The position numbers were made by a program, and so were the translations under genes. The notes below the pieces were generated by a model. The model was not told the DNA's origin. It saw only the letters and a list, made by a program, of their open reading frames with translations, and searched no databases. A stretch of 61,228 nt of DNA, the filler included, from Sphacelaria rigidula (taxonomy: Eukaryota), in NCBI GenBank assembly GCA_964200075.2. It is 8 parts of 8 records of this genome, joined end to end, with 100 filler letters (N's around TTAATTAATTAA, not from the genome) between each part and the next. Parts side by side here need not be neighbours in the genome. Positions count along the whole stretch, not along the records: positions 45,999 to 53,563 come from CAXNAA020014309.1; positions 53,664 to 61,228 come from CAXNAA020014310.1; 6 more parts are not named here. One strand, given 5' to 3'. Each line of letters begins with the position of its first letter. Position 1 is the stretch's first letter. This document shows, piece by piece, positions 50,836-61,228 of this stretch.

Positions 50836-52744
50836 GATGTACACCCTGGCGGCGAGAGCCAAATGTCCACCTGTGCAGGCTGATAGTTCACACAGGTCCC
50901 GACGATTTCCAGCCAGGTCCCAACGGCATGGTGAGGAGGTCGTGCGAAAGGCGACATCGTCAGTAGGTTGGGACTAAGGTATCTGGGATCCGCACTTTAG
51001 CAGGAACTCGCAGATGCCAACCCTTCAGGAATGAGACATGAACCCTTGTGCAGCAGGTTCAAAAAAAGGGAAGAAGAAACAAAAGGACGGAAATGATCAA
51101 GAAACATATCCCTTGACAGTAGAAATAAAACCTTCCAATGACCTTTACGCCGCAACATATGGCTCTGGGAGATGTAGATCACATTTGGTGCTCCTAGAGG
51201 GTCCAATGTATGAGTTAATGTAGTCGGGAAAGCGGTCTAGCTGCTGGTGATTGCGTTCTTCGTGAGCGATACACATGATGTACGCATGGCTACACCTGTT
51301 CGTGGGAGTCTCAGTGCAACTTAATCGTGAGCTCGATTCAGTCAAACAAATACTAATCTGAAACCGTTTGGTGAGACGGGGAGCAGATGTTCACTCATGA
51401 GGTCGTGATTTACTTATTTTGGTGTGCGATGCAAAAGAATGTCCTGTGTAGCTTAGATGGTATAAATGACACTTTTTACGATAGCCCTCCCCCCCCAAAC
51501 CAGCCCAAAAATGTCACGACAAAAATGGTCATATAGCGCTTGATGTTTGGGGTCAGGCTGCATGAAGCGCCTCATACAGGCGACATTGGCGAGAACGAAC
51601 CCAAGCGTGGGAATCCTCAGCTGCTCGCTGTGCTCGGCTTTGTCCGTTTCGATATACGTGGAGATTTTGCCTCCCCAAACCAGGCACTTTTAAAAACGTT
51701 TTCGTGAGATTGAAAGTAGAGCGCTGATTGAGAGTGGCTTTGATAATTCGCCGTAACTTCGCCAATTTTTCCTTCCGTGTGTGCTTTTCTTTGCCTCCAT
51801 CACTGGCGTGTGTTTATAGCTACACGTCAATATCCTAGTCAGGGATAGCAAGGGCCTCAGGGGCAAGCTATTATCGAAAGCATATTGGGCCTCGGGGAGG
51901 GGCACTTCGGAACTGAACCGATTCATTCACTAATTGACCGCTTTTCACTCTCAATCGTATCCTCTACTCTTAATCTCACGAAAACACTGTTTTTTTGGGG
52001 GGGGGCTATCGTAGAAAGTGTCAAATAGGCAATGTGTCTTATTATCTGCTGAGACTGCGGGCATGCATTCACGGAATACAGACCCATGATGGCGAGACAA
52101 CAGAAATGAAAACCAAGTCCGGTGCCCAGTGTCAACTCCACCGTCGTTGCATCACTCCCCGCTTGACGTAAGCCGGGGACATCGCCTTCCCTCAGCTTTT
52201 CGCACCTATGTTACGGCTATGAAAATATCCTATTTGAGAAGCTGTTCATGTGTGGTCCCAAACACACAAAATCAAATGCCTACGGTCATTCATGATGAAT
52301 TGTCGGGGCTTCTCCCGGCTGCGCTTCTTCAAAACTGGCCCAATTTATCTCGGCGTGGTTCACAAATGAAACGCCAAGCAGTCCATATATTCTGAGAACG
52401 CACTTGCTCTTGGCGGATCCATATCTCACGTCAGGCAAACGCTTGTGGTGGGTTCCGCAGAGTAGAAAAAATTAAGACATCAACCCTCCCAAACAAAGTG
52501 CGGTGAGCATCGATTGTACGTTACAAAAACGCGCTGAAGCCCACAAATTACAGTATGCCAGCCCCTACGTGGGCCACGCCAGCAGCAGCTACGTCACCGC
52601 CAGAGGTATCTTGTTTCACTAGGCATGCCAAGAAAGTCTCCGTGGTCGTGGTTTCTTGACTACATTCTCCCAACCAAAGTGTGTACGTAGGTCCTTACAC
52701 CAAGCCGGAGGCCAAAACTTGATGAAAGCACTCGGCAAACGCGA

Positions 52745-53190
52745 TTGGATCTTCGCGGAACGGTCACTTTTCGCACGTGTGTACTTGGCAACGGAATAGC
52801 GATGGCAGAAACATCGCCCTGTTTGCCGACGACGTGTTCCTGTAGCGCACAGAGGCACGTAGTCCAAAAAGAGAAACAGCAAAGAATCGATGGTTGCACT
52901 GGTCAGCGCGACAGACAAGACACGAATGCATCAGTCAATATGCGACAATCGGAGTCCCATTTTCAGGGGGGCGTGTACAGCTAACAGTCTGCCGTTCTTG
53001 TCCCGACGGAAGGGCTGGCAAATGATGTGTGTGTGGTGGTAACCTGATGCCAGTCTCTCGAGCGATTGGGAATCGACGAACGAAGACAGACAAAGGACAC
53101 GGGCGAGGGGCTTCCTCTCGACCATTGCTCCTCCGGTGGCATCATCATCGACACACGTGTACACCGCACTATTTGGGTGCACCGAGCCAC
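52745..53190 (+). repeat. Dispersed ~420-bp repeat family R4, copy 1
   Basis: Colinear with 58920-59320 (tgatgccagtctctcgagcga, caaaggacacgggcgagg.gcttcctctc, cgtgtacaccgca...ggtgca...agccaca). Confidence 0.75.
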
Positions 53191-53505
53191 ACCTGCTTGG
53201 CTTTTAACAGAAACAAACTAGCCGAAATCGCTTTCGTCGTTCTAACTGTTTACACAAAAATATGGAAATTCCGAAGGCAGGTTGAACCCCACCGCGATGC
53301 TGAACCCCATTTTGAGGAGATTTTGTTTTCAGGAACCTTTCTACTTATGCATGTCTGCCGAACAACCCAGGAGATAAACGTTGATGCGAACCCCCCGTAC
53401 AACGTTTTAAAATTCAGTCCACATTTTCTTCAATTTCAACCCGCAGTTTACCACAACGTTTACGTTATATTGAATCGAAGTTAGTTGAAATTCACTCATA
53501 CATTC

Positions 53506-53507
<2 letters not shown>

Positions 53508-53563
<56 letters not shown>
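53508..53563. repeat. (TTA)n microsatellite at the contig end
   Basis: Directly visible. Confidence 0.95.
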
Positions 53564-53663
53564 NNNNNNNNNNNNNNNNNNNNNNNNNNNNNNNNNNNNN
53601 NNNNNNNTTAATTAATTAANNNNNNNNNNNNNNNNNNNNNNNNNNNNNNNNNNNNNNNNNNNN
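53564..53663. other. Artificial contig linker N44-TTAATTAATTAA-N44
   Basis: Identical 100-bp spacer. Confidence 0.98.
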
Positions 53664-53725
53664 TTTTTTTTCCTTCTTTTGTTTTTGTTCTTTCGTTGGT
53701 GGGGGGGGGGGTATTTGATTGCACG

Positions 53726-53935
53726 AAAAAAATGGCTGATAAGTGTGTCAGATGACCTGCCACACTCGCGATGCGCTTGTATTTGGTTCAGAACGATGTC
53801 AATCGGTATTAATGAGCGTTATTTATCTATAACAAGCTCGTTCGAGCAACCGTTGCTGATTTTAGCGGCGATTTGCCTTGGAATTTCGTGCAAGAAGTGA
53901 CCCACAATCCCCCTCCCCCTATCCTACGATGGCTC
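53726..53935 (+). repeat. Repeat family R2, copy 3, abutting and truncating the integrase of Gypsy copy B
   Basis: Homology to 48890-49098 ends at 53935, exactly where integrase homology to copy A starts (AESTAASL). Confidence 0.8.
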
Positions 53936-56630
53936 TTCACCAAAGATGCAGCAGTCGATTCAGCAGTACACGCTGTTACTGGTTCCAGAGCCACACAGTT
54001 GCTCAAATCATCCATGATTGCCACAATGTATCGGAACCCAGCATCCTCCGACAAACCTTGGGAAGCTAGCGGGCCACTCTCGCCCACGTATAAGAAGTCA
54101 AAATGAACGACTTCATTCGGCGTGGTCTCATGGACCGTTTCACCGAGCGGGCGGGGAACAATATCGCCCGCCCTCGAGTCAGCACAGTGAAGACACTGGC
54201 GGAAAAATTCGCGCACATTAGTCTCTATCCCCTGCCAGACACAAAACTCTTGCAAGCGCACGAATGTCGCAGCCACACCACGATGCCCGACGTCGCGCAT
54301 GTGCACGCAAATCATCAGCTGTACCTGCAACTGCTTGTCAGAACTCGGAATCCACAAAACGTTTCGGCCACGCACATGCACACGAAACAGGCCTTCAGTG
54401 TCCAAAATAAGAGTAACAACGTCCGACTCGAAAGATTGGACATCCGCATCTTCGGCCCCAAGGTCTTTTTGTTGCGCTTGGTGGACAACATATTTGGACG
54501 GCATCGAGTCATCAGGTTCGCATGGACCATACACAGCCGCAGCGCGCGTAGGCAAAGTGGGAATATTTACGCAGCGCGACAGCAAGTCACCCCACGCGTT
54601 ACGTTCACCCAAAATATGACAATTCGTGCACCAATGCTGGCCTAATACACTTTTCCACCCCTCTAATCGCTGTGCCAACGCCTTCGACACAGACGTCACG
54701 CATGCCTCCGGGTTGAAAATGTACGCTAGATTTCGGTGATCCGTGAAAATGTGTACGCCATTCCGAAATAGATGCTCGAGACGACGGAAGGTGCTCACGA
54801 TAGCAAAACTTTTCTTGCCAATGGTTGCCCAAACGCATCTGTGAACCCTTGAAAATTACCACTCAGAAAAGCCAGTAGTTCATGCTTCATGTCTTCAACC
54901 GGCAACCGTTGTTGCACTTCTGCATCAGGCACCTGCGTTACAGAACTACCCCAATGACAGTCGGATGCATCCGAAAACACCAGGACCTGGCAACCGGGGC
55001 GGGGATGGAACAGCGTCACGGCATGAGCCACCAGACCCTTTGCTGCCGCCCATGCCTGCAACCTGCCCTCCGTCCACGAGGCGGGTGGAATAACACGATT
55101 TTTTTCCACCTGCTTCGTGCGCCTTGCAGCCCCCAGCATGAGGTTTTCTAGGAAAACGCGCAAGGGTGCCACTACTTCGGCCATACGTGGCAACGAGGTA
55201 CGCAACCAGTTCATTGCGTGCAGGAATTGCATTAATTCTGCTGCTGTTTCTGGACGTCGCATGTCAGCCAAATCTTGCAAGCGGACCGGGTCATGCGAGA
55301 CGCGGCCGTGTGAGTATACGTTCCCACACCACACTACTTCACTAGCAAAAAAGGCACACTTGTGGGCAGCTGCAAACAGACCAACACTCTCTAAGCGAGC
55401 GAAGATTGCATCAAGCGTATCCAACAGTTCGTCTTCCGTGTCCGCGAAGAAAAAGACATCATCCACCCAAATCTTGCATTTCAAGCCATCTAAAAGGTCT
55501 ACCATGACACCTTGAAAGTAGGAAGCAGTATTCAACACGCCTTGCGGTACTCTTTGCGGGATAAACATGCCAAACGGAGTTGTGATGGTAAATATCTCTT
55601 GCGCCTCCTCGGCCAACGGCATTTGCCAGTACCCCTGTAGGAGGTCCAACATATACAAGCACCACGCACTCAACAGATCTATCATGTCGGATTCCTGATT
55701 GGGCATGACACCCGGCGACTTCTCCACCTGATCATTGATGGCTCCGTAATCGCTGACAAGACGGAAAGAGTCCTTCTTCGGCACCACCATCGCTGGACTG
55801 GACCACACCGCCTGTAGATTTCTGAACACCAACCCAAACGCCACAAGATCTCCCATGCAAGAAGCTAACCAACTGGACTTTACCGGATCATACCTCCTCG
55901 CTTTTTCCTTCACCGCGGCCGCCCCTGGCTTTAGTGTAACCCTCATGGGTTCCACGCGCGCAGGGGGACCACCCCTCAGCGCACGACGAAATGCGTTAAC
56001 GTGGCGATACAATATGCCACGCAAGCGCTCTGCATTTGAAACGTTGAGGCCATTTGCCACAGCATCCTTCACGCTTTCCTCAAGCGCAGCCTTTCGCGCG
56101 GACTCTTCTTCCGCCGGCTCCATAAACATATCGAGGCCACGCTCCACCAAGCGTTCCACCGCCTCATCACGCTCCTCGGACACCTGCCTCCCCCGCCTCC
56201 TGGAATGCGTCAACCGACAAGCTCACTCTGCGACTGGCCAAAAAAGCAGGCGTCTCGACACTCGAACCGGGCGACGGAATTTTCGTTTTTAGGGACTCCA
56301 ACAGCCGATCATACGGATCGACTCCGAGTCCCCGAAGCGGCGGTAAGCCCAATATAACGACACCATCCGTCCCCGGCATGATCGCAAACGATATCGGGGG
56401 GTAATTTCGCTGGCCCCCGGGCAGTCCTGAACGCCAACTGTATGGGAATCAAACGCTCCGTCACATTTATACGTTGCCCCGATGCGGTAATGGCCTGCCG
56501 CGCCCCGAGCGAGAATGGAATTCGGATTTGCTCACCGGGGAGTAGACGCTCCAGCATCTCCACAATCAGCATCGACACGCTCGTGAAGTGGGCGCCTGAA
56601 TCCAACACAGCCTTGACCGATATGGCTCCA
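53936..56630 (-). pseudogene. pol: pol of copy B: aspartic protease, reverse transcriptase, RNase H and partial integrase (frameshifted)
   Basis: Motifs KAVLDSGAHFTSVS; FRLVSDY; LDLLQGYWQMPL; PQGVLN; IWVDDVFF; FSDASDCHWG; FTDHRNL; GERNAWGDLLSR; HMRDVGHRG...CLHC; HFDFL...MDDLS, across ORFs 56309-56689, 54795-56213 and 53827-54798. Confidence 0.93.
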
Positions 56631-56678
56631 CGCGCCCGTTGATTGGGGAGATATAACTCTGCAGGATATATTATTATC

Positions 56679-58001
56679 TTAATCCTCAACCGTCACCTGC
56701 TCCGCCGACTGATTGGTCGTAATCCCCACTCGGCGCCACGGCTGCGCGCGCGGCGCAGGCACAGACTTCCCCGCTGGGGTCACCGGCACCGGCGGGTACG
56801 AAGCCCTACCCGCAGAACCAAATTGCAGCGGTACTCCGGCCGACTCAGCAGCGGATCCAAATTTCAGCTGAAATCCGGTCGGCTCCGCCGCAGGCATCTC
56901 GCCTTGCTCTGCTACCGGCGGCGCCGGCACCGAGCCCGACACTAGAGAGGTCGGTCCCACCTGCACCGCCCGTTGCGGAGCAGCAGCCCCTGCGGCTGAA
57001 CCGGGCCCAGAACCGGATCCGTGCTGGCGCCGCTGCCCCTGCTGCTGCTGCTGAGAACTCGACTGTACACCTCCACTGCTGGAGGATCCGCCTCCGCCAC
57101 CACCACGATTACCTTTCCCTCTTTTGTGATTGCGAGGGCGCGCGGCACTCGTCTGCCCAGACTCCCCCTCAGAAGGCGTTGGGCACTTCGGTGCGTAGTG
57201 GCCTACCTGGCCAGACTGATAGCAAATAATCTTGGCGGCCGCTCTGCCTGCGGATTTTGATCCGCGGTTACGCGAGCTCGAAGACTGCGGCGACGAAGTG
57301 GATGATTTTCCGAACACTTCAACCCTCCGGAATGCCTGAGCCTGTGACGGTTTAAGATCAGCCACCACGATGTCCATAACTAAACACGGGCCTAACTTCC
57401 AGTTTTTTTCGTGTTGTAACTGCACAAGCACGGCCTGTTTGAATTCCGGCGGTGCCAGACTCTCCACCATCGCTTTCGTGATCACCGCAGCGGGCCCTGG
57501 ATGGAATTTCCCATCGGAGGAACGATAAACCATCTTGACGTCGGGATTTTCCGAAAAATACGTCTCCAACTTACCCATTATGGGCTCCACCCTCTCACAC
57601 ATCGTTCTCCCCTTATGGTTCGTTGCGACAGCCCTCGCCACGGCCGCGGATGCCTGTGTTAGCTCTACCTCCGCGCCCGCCGCATGCCCTGCATGCTTCT
57701 TGATCGCTGCGGCCAATTGCAGCGGCGTTATGGCATGCTTCGCATGGAATCTTCTCGCGAAGACGCGTTAGAGGGGGGTAGGTACGAGTTGCGTCATGGA
57801 AACCACCTGATGCCTTACCGCACCCCCCGCATTCGCATGCTCCACCCTTTTCTTGTATTCCACGTATTTCGTGTAGAACGAAGGAGAAACACACTCAGAA
57901 TACAAATTTCCGTAACTGGGCGGCCGCAACTCTTCCCTTAGAACGACTTGAGTTACAGTCGTCTCCGCCGGCTCTATTGCCGGTACCTCTGCAGTCAACA
58001 T
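56679..58001 (-). pseudogene. gag: gag of copy B (interrupted by a stop, zinc knuckle degenerate)
   Basis: ORFs 57768-58139 and 56679-57716 include CYQSGQVGHYAPKC and align with copy A gag. Confidence 0.85.
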
Positions 58002-58315
58002 TCTCGAGCGGACAATCGAAGATTTCTGAACCCTCTCGAACTCACAACTCACACCTGCCTTCTTCGCCGCTCTACACAGCCCTGGGGTCCTATAAACACC
58101 CGCTGCACGCAGCTCCCGCAAGTCTCCAGTCTGGATCAATCACGGGCCAGCCGCCTTTGCAGCTACCTCAGCTTGAAACCTCCTCACACGTCCGTGAAGC
58201 TATATGCCCGAAGCTATCACAAGCTGTCCAGACTCCTCCCTGCTGAAAAATTTCCAGCAGTCTCTAACGATAGCACAGCTAGCACGACCAGCACTACTAG
58301 CACTAATATCGATAT

Positions 58316-58566
58316 TGTGACGCCAGCAGGTTGCCAGTACTGCAGCGTCTAATGCTGTTGAGGGACTCCCCAGTTCCACTGGCCTCAGATCTTAGTTGTC
58401 AGCCTTCACGACACCTGTTATTTCCCCGGAGTGACTCCCAGGCGGCTCCATGAACCACATTATAGTATCGTCCCCGTGTCTGTGTCATCATCCATATCAT
58501 TACTACAGACCCCAAGTCATCCTCCAATCATCACTATACTCAACGTGAAGACGTGATTTCGTCACA
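58316..58566 (-). repeat. 5' LTR of Gypsy copy B (251 bp)
   Basis: Perfect 7-bp inverted termini TGTGACG...CGTCACA, homologous to 41467-41736. Confidence 0.88.
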
Positions 58567-58919
58567 AGCCATTTCAATGATCTGGACGTAGTTTCGAAAA
58601 CCGAACTGTTTTGTTTTCATACTGTAGCTGTCCCGAATTTGAGTGTATAATAACATGTTCTTGCTAGCAGTGCAGACGGAAGCCAGTAGAGTAGAGCAAC
58701 GAAAGCTCCAGATTGCAGTTGACGCACCCCTCTGCACCACGCTAGCAATAGTTAGGTCGCCACCATAGGTGTTTTTTTCACTCCGCATGTCAAGAAGGTC
58801 TCCACAACTTTTTGATCTCTCTCATACACACACCCCAACTGGCCTGGGGCACGCTCTTGTGCTCATGTCGGGTAAAACCAACGATGAATAACACCCCCCA
58901 AGTTCAAATTGGATAATCT

Positions 58920-59320
58920 CTTATCTTGGCCGCGCAGCGCACCGTCCTTGCTGGCATGTGTGTGACAGAGAACAGTAGTAGCGGTGACGGGAACATTGCC
59001 CAGCTTTGCAGCGCACAGAAGCGCGTCCTGTCCAAAAAAAGAGGCAGAGAGAAAACGATCTCCGCATTGGTGACCCTCACAGACAAAGAGACGAAATTTC
59101 TCCGCAGCTCGCTGTGCTTTGGGGATACCTACAGGCACATGAGAAATTCGGCACGTGCTGGTAACATGCATGATGCCAGTCTCTCGAGCGAGTTGTAATC
59201 GCCCAGCGAGGCACACAAAGGACACGGGCGAGGAGCTTCCTCTCTGTCGTTGCTTCTCTCTCTGGTGGTATCGTCACCGACACGCGTGTACACCGCAGTC
59301 GTTCGGTGCATTTAGCCACA
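58920..59320 (+). repeat. Repeat family R4, copy 2
   Basis: Colinear with 52745-53190. Confidence 0.75.
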
Positions 59321-59499
59321 ACTGACGATTCACAGTTGAGGAGTTTTGGGGGGAAATATGGTTTCGCTCTGTGTTACTGTTTGGCGTCATTTTTGCAAAA
59401 AATATATGCCACTTGAAACTCATTTTTGAGATGAACCTCATTTTTCAGGATCCGCTGTTATTTAGAGTTGGAGCGTGAAATTTGGTATGGACAATGCAC

Positions 59500-60306
59500 A
59501 TGAGCTGGGCCAGCCTAGAAATGGATTTAAGCTCTCAAAGCAATATCTCATCGAAACCAACGAGTTGGGCCATGATCCGCATATCGTATGAATCGCCTAA
59601 TTAAGGGGAAGGTGCTCATTTGCTCAAAAGTCTGGGCTAACATTTTCCCGTTGATCAAACCCCATGTCTAGTGATTCGTATACCGTACGGAGATAGCGTC
59701 CACACTAAAATCTATATGAAACCCGCGATCGATGCATTCAACGGATGACGACGAATTTTGGTGTGGGCCTTCCCTGGAGCACGGAGAGACGATAGATACC
59801 CTCACCTTCACCTAATTCTCTTTCTATCTCGAGATATGGAGCACATGAGTTTTCATACTAGAATCAATATACTATGAGCAGAGGCACTAGATGCCCTAAA
59901 TCTGGATATTGCCTCTCAGCTTTTGAGAGTTATGCTATGCAATTTCGCGAGGAGAACCGATGGTGCATAGTAAAGCTGGAAGAAACAGCTTTTTCATTTT
60001 TTTTCGTTTCCCCCCCGTTTTTAGGGCAGTTTTGAGGATAAATTTACACCGTTCTTGGGTCTTACCTAATGTTTTAGCTCACTTTTTAGAATTGTGATTT
60101 GAAACTCGGGACAAAGAACCACAGAGGTATGCTAAATAAAAAAACACAAGGGACCCTCAGTACTTGTTTTGGGAGAGGTGTGGGCGTTCTCATGAAAAAA
60201 TGGTCGTTTCCATACTATAACTCCCTAAACCGGTTAAAAAGTAAAAAAATTAGCCTGACCCACTTAGTTTTGTCAATTATGCCTTAGCCACGGCCCACAC
60301 AAATTT
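59500..60306 (-). repeat. Repeat family R1, copy 3 (reverse orientation)
   Basis: Reverse complement of R1 blocks (tataccgtacggagat, gataccctcaccttcacctaatt, aaatctggatattgc.tctcag). Confidence 0.8.
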
Positions 60307-60394
60307 TCAATATACGAACACTAAACGTGGGCCGGGAAGTGGTCTGCAAAATACTGCTCCAAATTTCTTCTGACCCCGTCACTAGACGTCTCAT

Positions 60395-60650
60395 TTTCTG
60401 GCCAATATTCAGAGTTGTTGGACCCTGAAATTTGGTATAAACAATGAATAGGGCATATAATAAAAACAAATACCAGTGCACACAAGTTTTTTTTCATGAG
60501 TCAAGGGCAATAATCAGTTTTCTGGTATCAGTAAAATGCCCCTAACTCATGGGGAAAACAAACAAGCCTTGTGTGTACTAGTATATGTTTTTGTTATGCC
60601 CTATTCATCGTCCATACCAAATTTCAGGGTCTACTTTGAATATTGGCTGG
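60395..60650. repeat. Imperfect hairpin next to R1 copy 3, related to 33788-34029
   Basis: gaccctgaaatttggtat...tgaatagggcat pairs with atgccctattca...ataccaaatttcagggtc. Confidence 0.75.
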
Positions 60651-60837
60651 TGAATAGGCCTGCAAACTACAAATTCGCTTCTCGTCTAGCCCAGCTCGTA
60701 GGAAAAAAAAAAAAAACGAGCGTACCATTTTCTTGTTTCTACTCGTATGAGTTAAGGGCATTTTACTGATGCCTGGAAACTGATTATTGCCCTTGACTCT
60801 TGAAAACAAAACAAAAAACTAAATGGCACACTCGTAA

Positions 60838-61228
60838 GGCCGCTCCTTATAATGGACAAAAAATAAAATCTGGTAAAGTGTCTTTTTGGAGCTTTACGTC
60901 GTTTTACGCCCCAAAAGAGAGCCAGGCGGAGTTTGACACCTTGGAATGACGTACTCTACTATGGTCGAGGCGGTTCCAGCACATTTCCCCCTTTTCCGGG
61001 TGCCACAGTTTTCATTTTGGCCAAACAAGAAAGTTTTGTCCAGGAAGCAACGGTAAAAAACAGTCAAGTCCAGAGAAAACCGCCACTTTTCTCTGAACTT
61101 GAATGTTTTTTACCGTTGCTGGACAAAAATTCTTGTTTTGCCAAAATGAAAACTGTGGCCACCGGAAAACAGGAAGATGTCATGGAACCGCCTCAACCAG
61201 TAGAGCAAGTCATTCCAAGGTGTCAAAC
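60838..61228. mobile_element. Foldback MITE truncated by the window end (visible arms 60931-61228)
   Basis: gtttgacaccttggaatgac...gtcattccaaggtgtcaaac form inverted arms centred near 61083. The left end TAA|GGCCGCTCCTTATA resembles the terminus of 24202-24678 (GGCCGCTTCCTATA). Confidence 0.8.

Larger units (their letters stand above)
53936..58566 (-). mobile_element. Degenerate Ty3/Gypsy LTR retrotransposon, copy B (5' LTR through mid-integrase)
   Basis: LTR, gag, protease (VLDSGA), complete RT, RNase H and N-terminal integrase in Ty3 order. Confidence 0.95.

Noticed and set aside
7612-53619. Regularly spaced TTAATTAATTAA palindromes (~7.67-kb period) as a biological array
   Set aside because: Each is embedded in N44 runs, so these are assembly linkers.
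41467-58566. Two Gypsy copies as a convergent inverted pair or composite element
   Set aside because: They lie on different, unlinked contigs.

Overview
Eukaryotic, repeat-rich DNA, most likely from a brown alga or other stramenopile (inferred from spliceosomal introns, WVDD-type Ty3 reverse transcriptase and the repeat content). It is not one locus. Eight unrelated contigs of almost identical length (4 x 7567 bp, 4 x 7565 bp) are joined by seven artificial 100-bp linkers (N44-TTAATTAATTAA-N44), so adjacency across a linker means nothing. Supported content: (i) two decayed copies of one chromodomain-bearing Ty3/Gypsy retrotransposon family (41467-45841 +, 53936-58566 -), each with a recognisable 5' LTR; (ii) a four-exon, phase-consistent 3' part of a GDP-fucose-type glycosyltransferase gene (HVRMGD and STFG motifs); (iii) four exons of a CSDE1/UNR-like cold-shock-domain gene; (iv) the last exon of an SLC25 mitochondrial carrier; (v) a mariner-like transposase remnant; (vi) many MITEs and foldbacks, tRNA-like SINE heads, mini- and microsatellites. 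The most unusual signal is in both Gypsy copies: at the primer-binding-site position there is no tRNA-type TGG. Both instead carry the same 20-mer, beginning with the perfect palindrome ATATCGATAT, which suggests non-canonical priming. No CRISPR array or prokaryotic system is supported.
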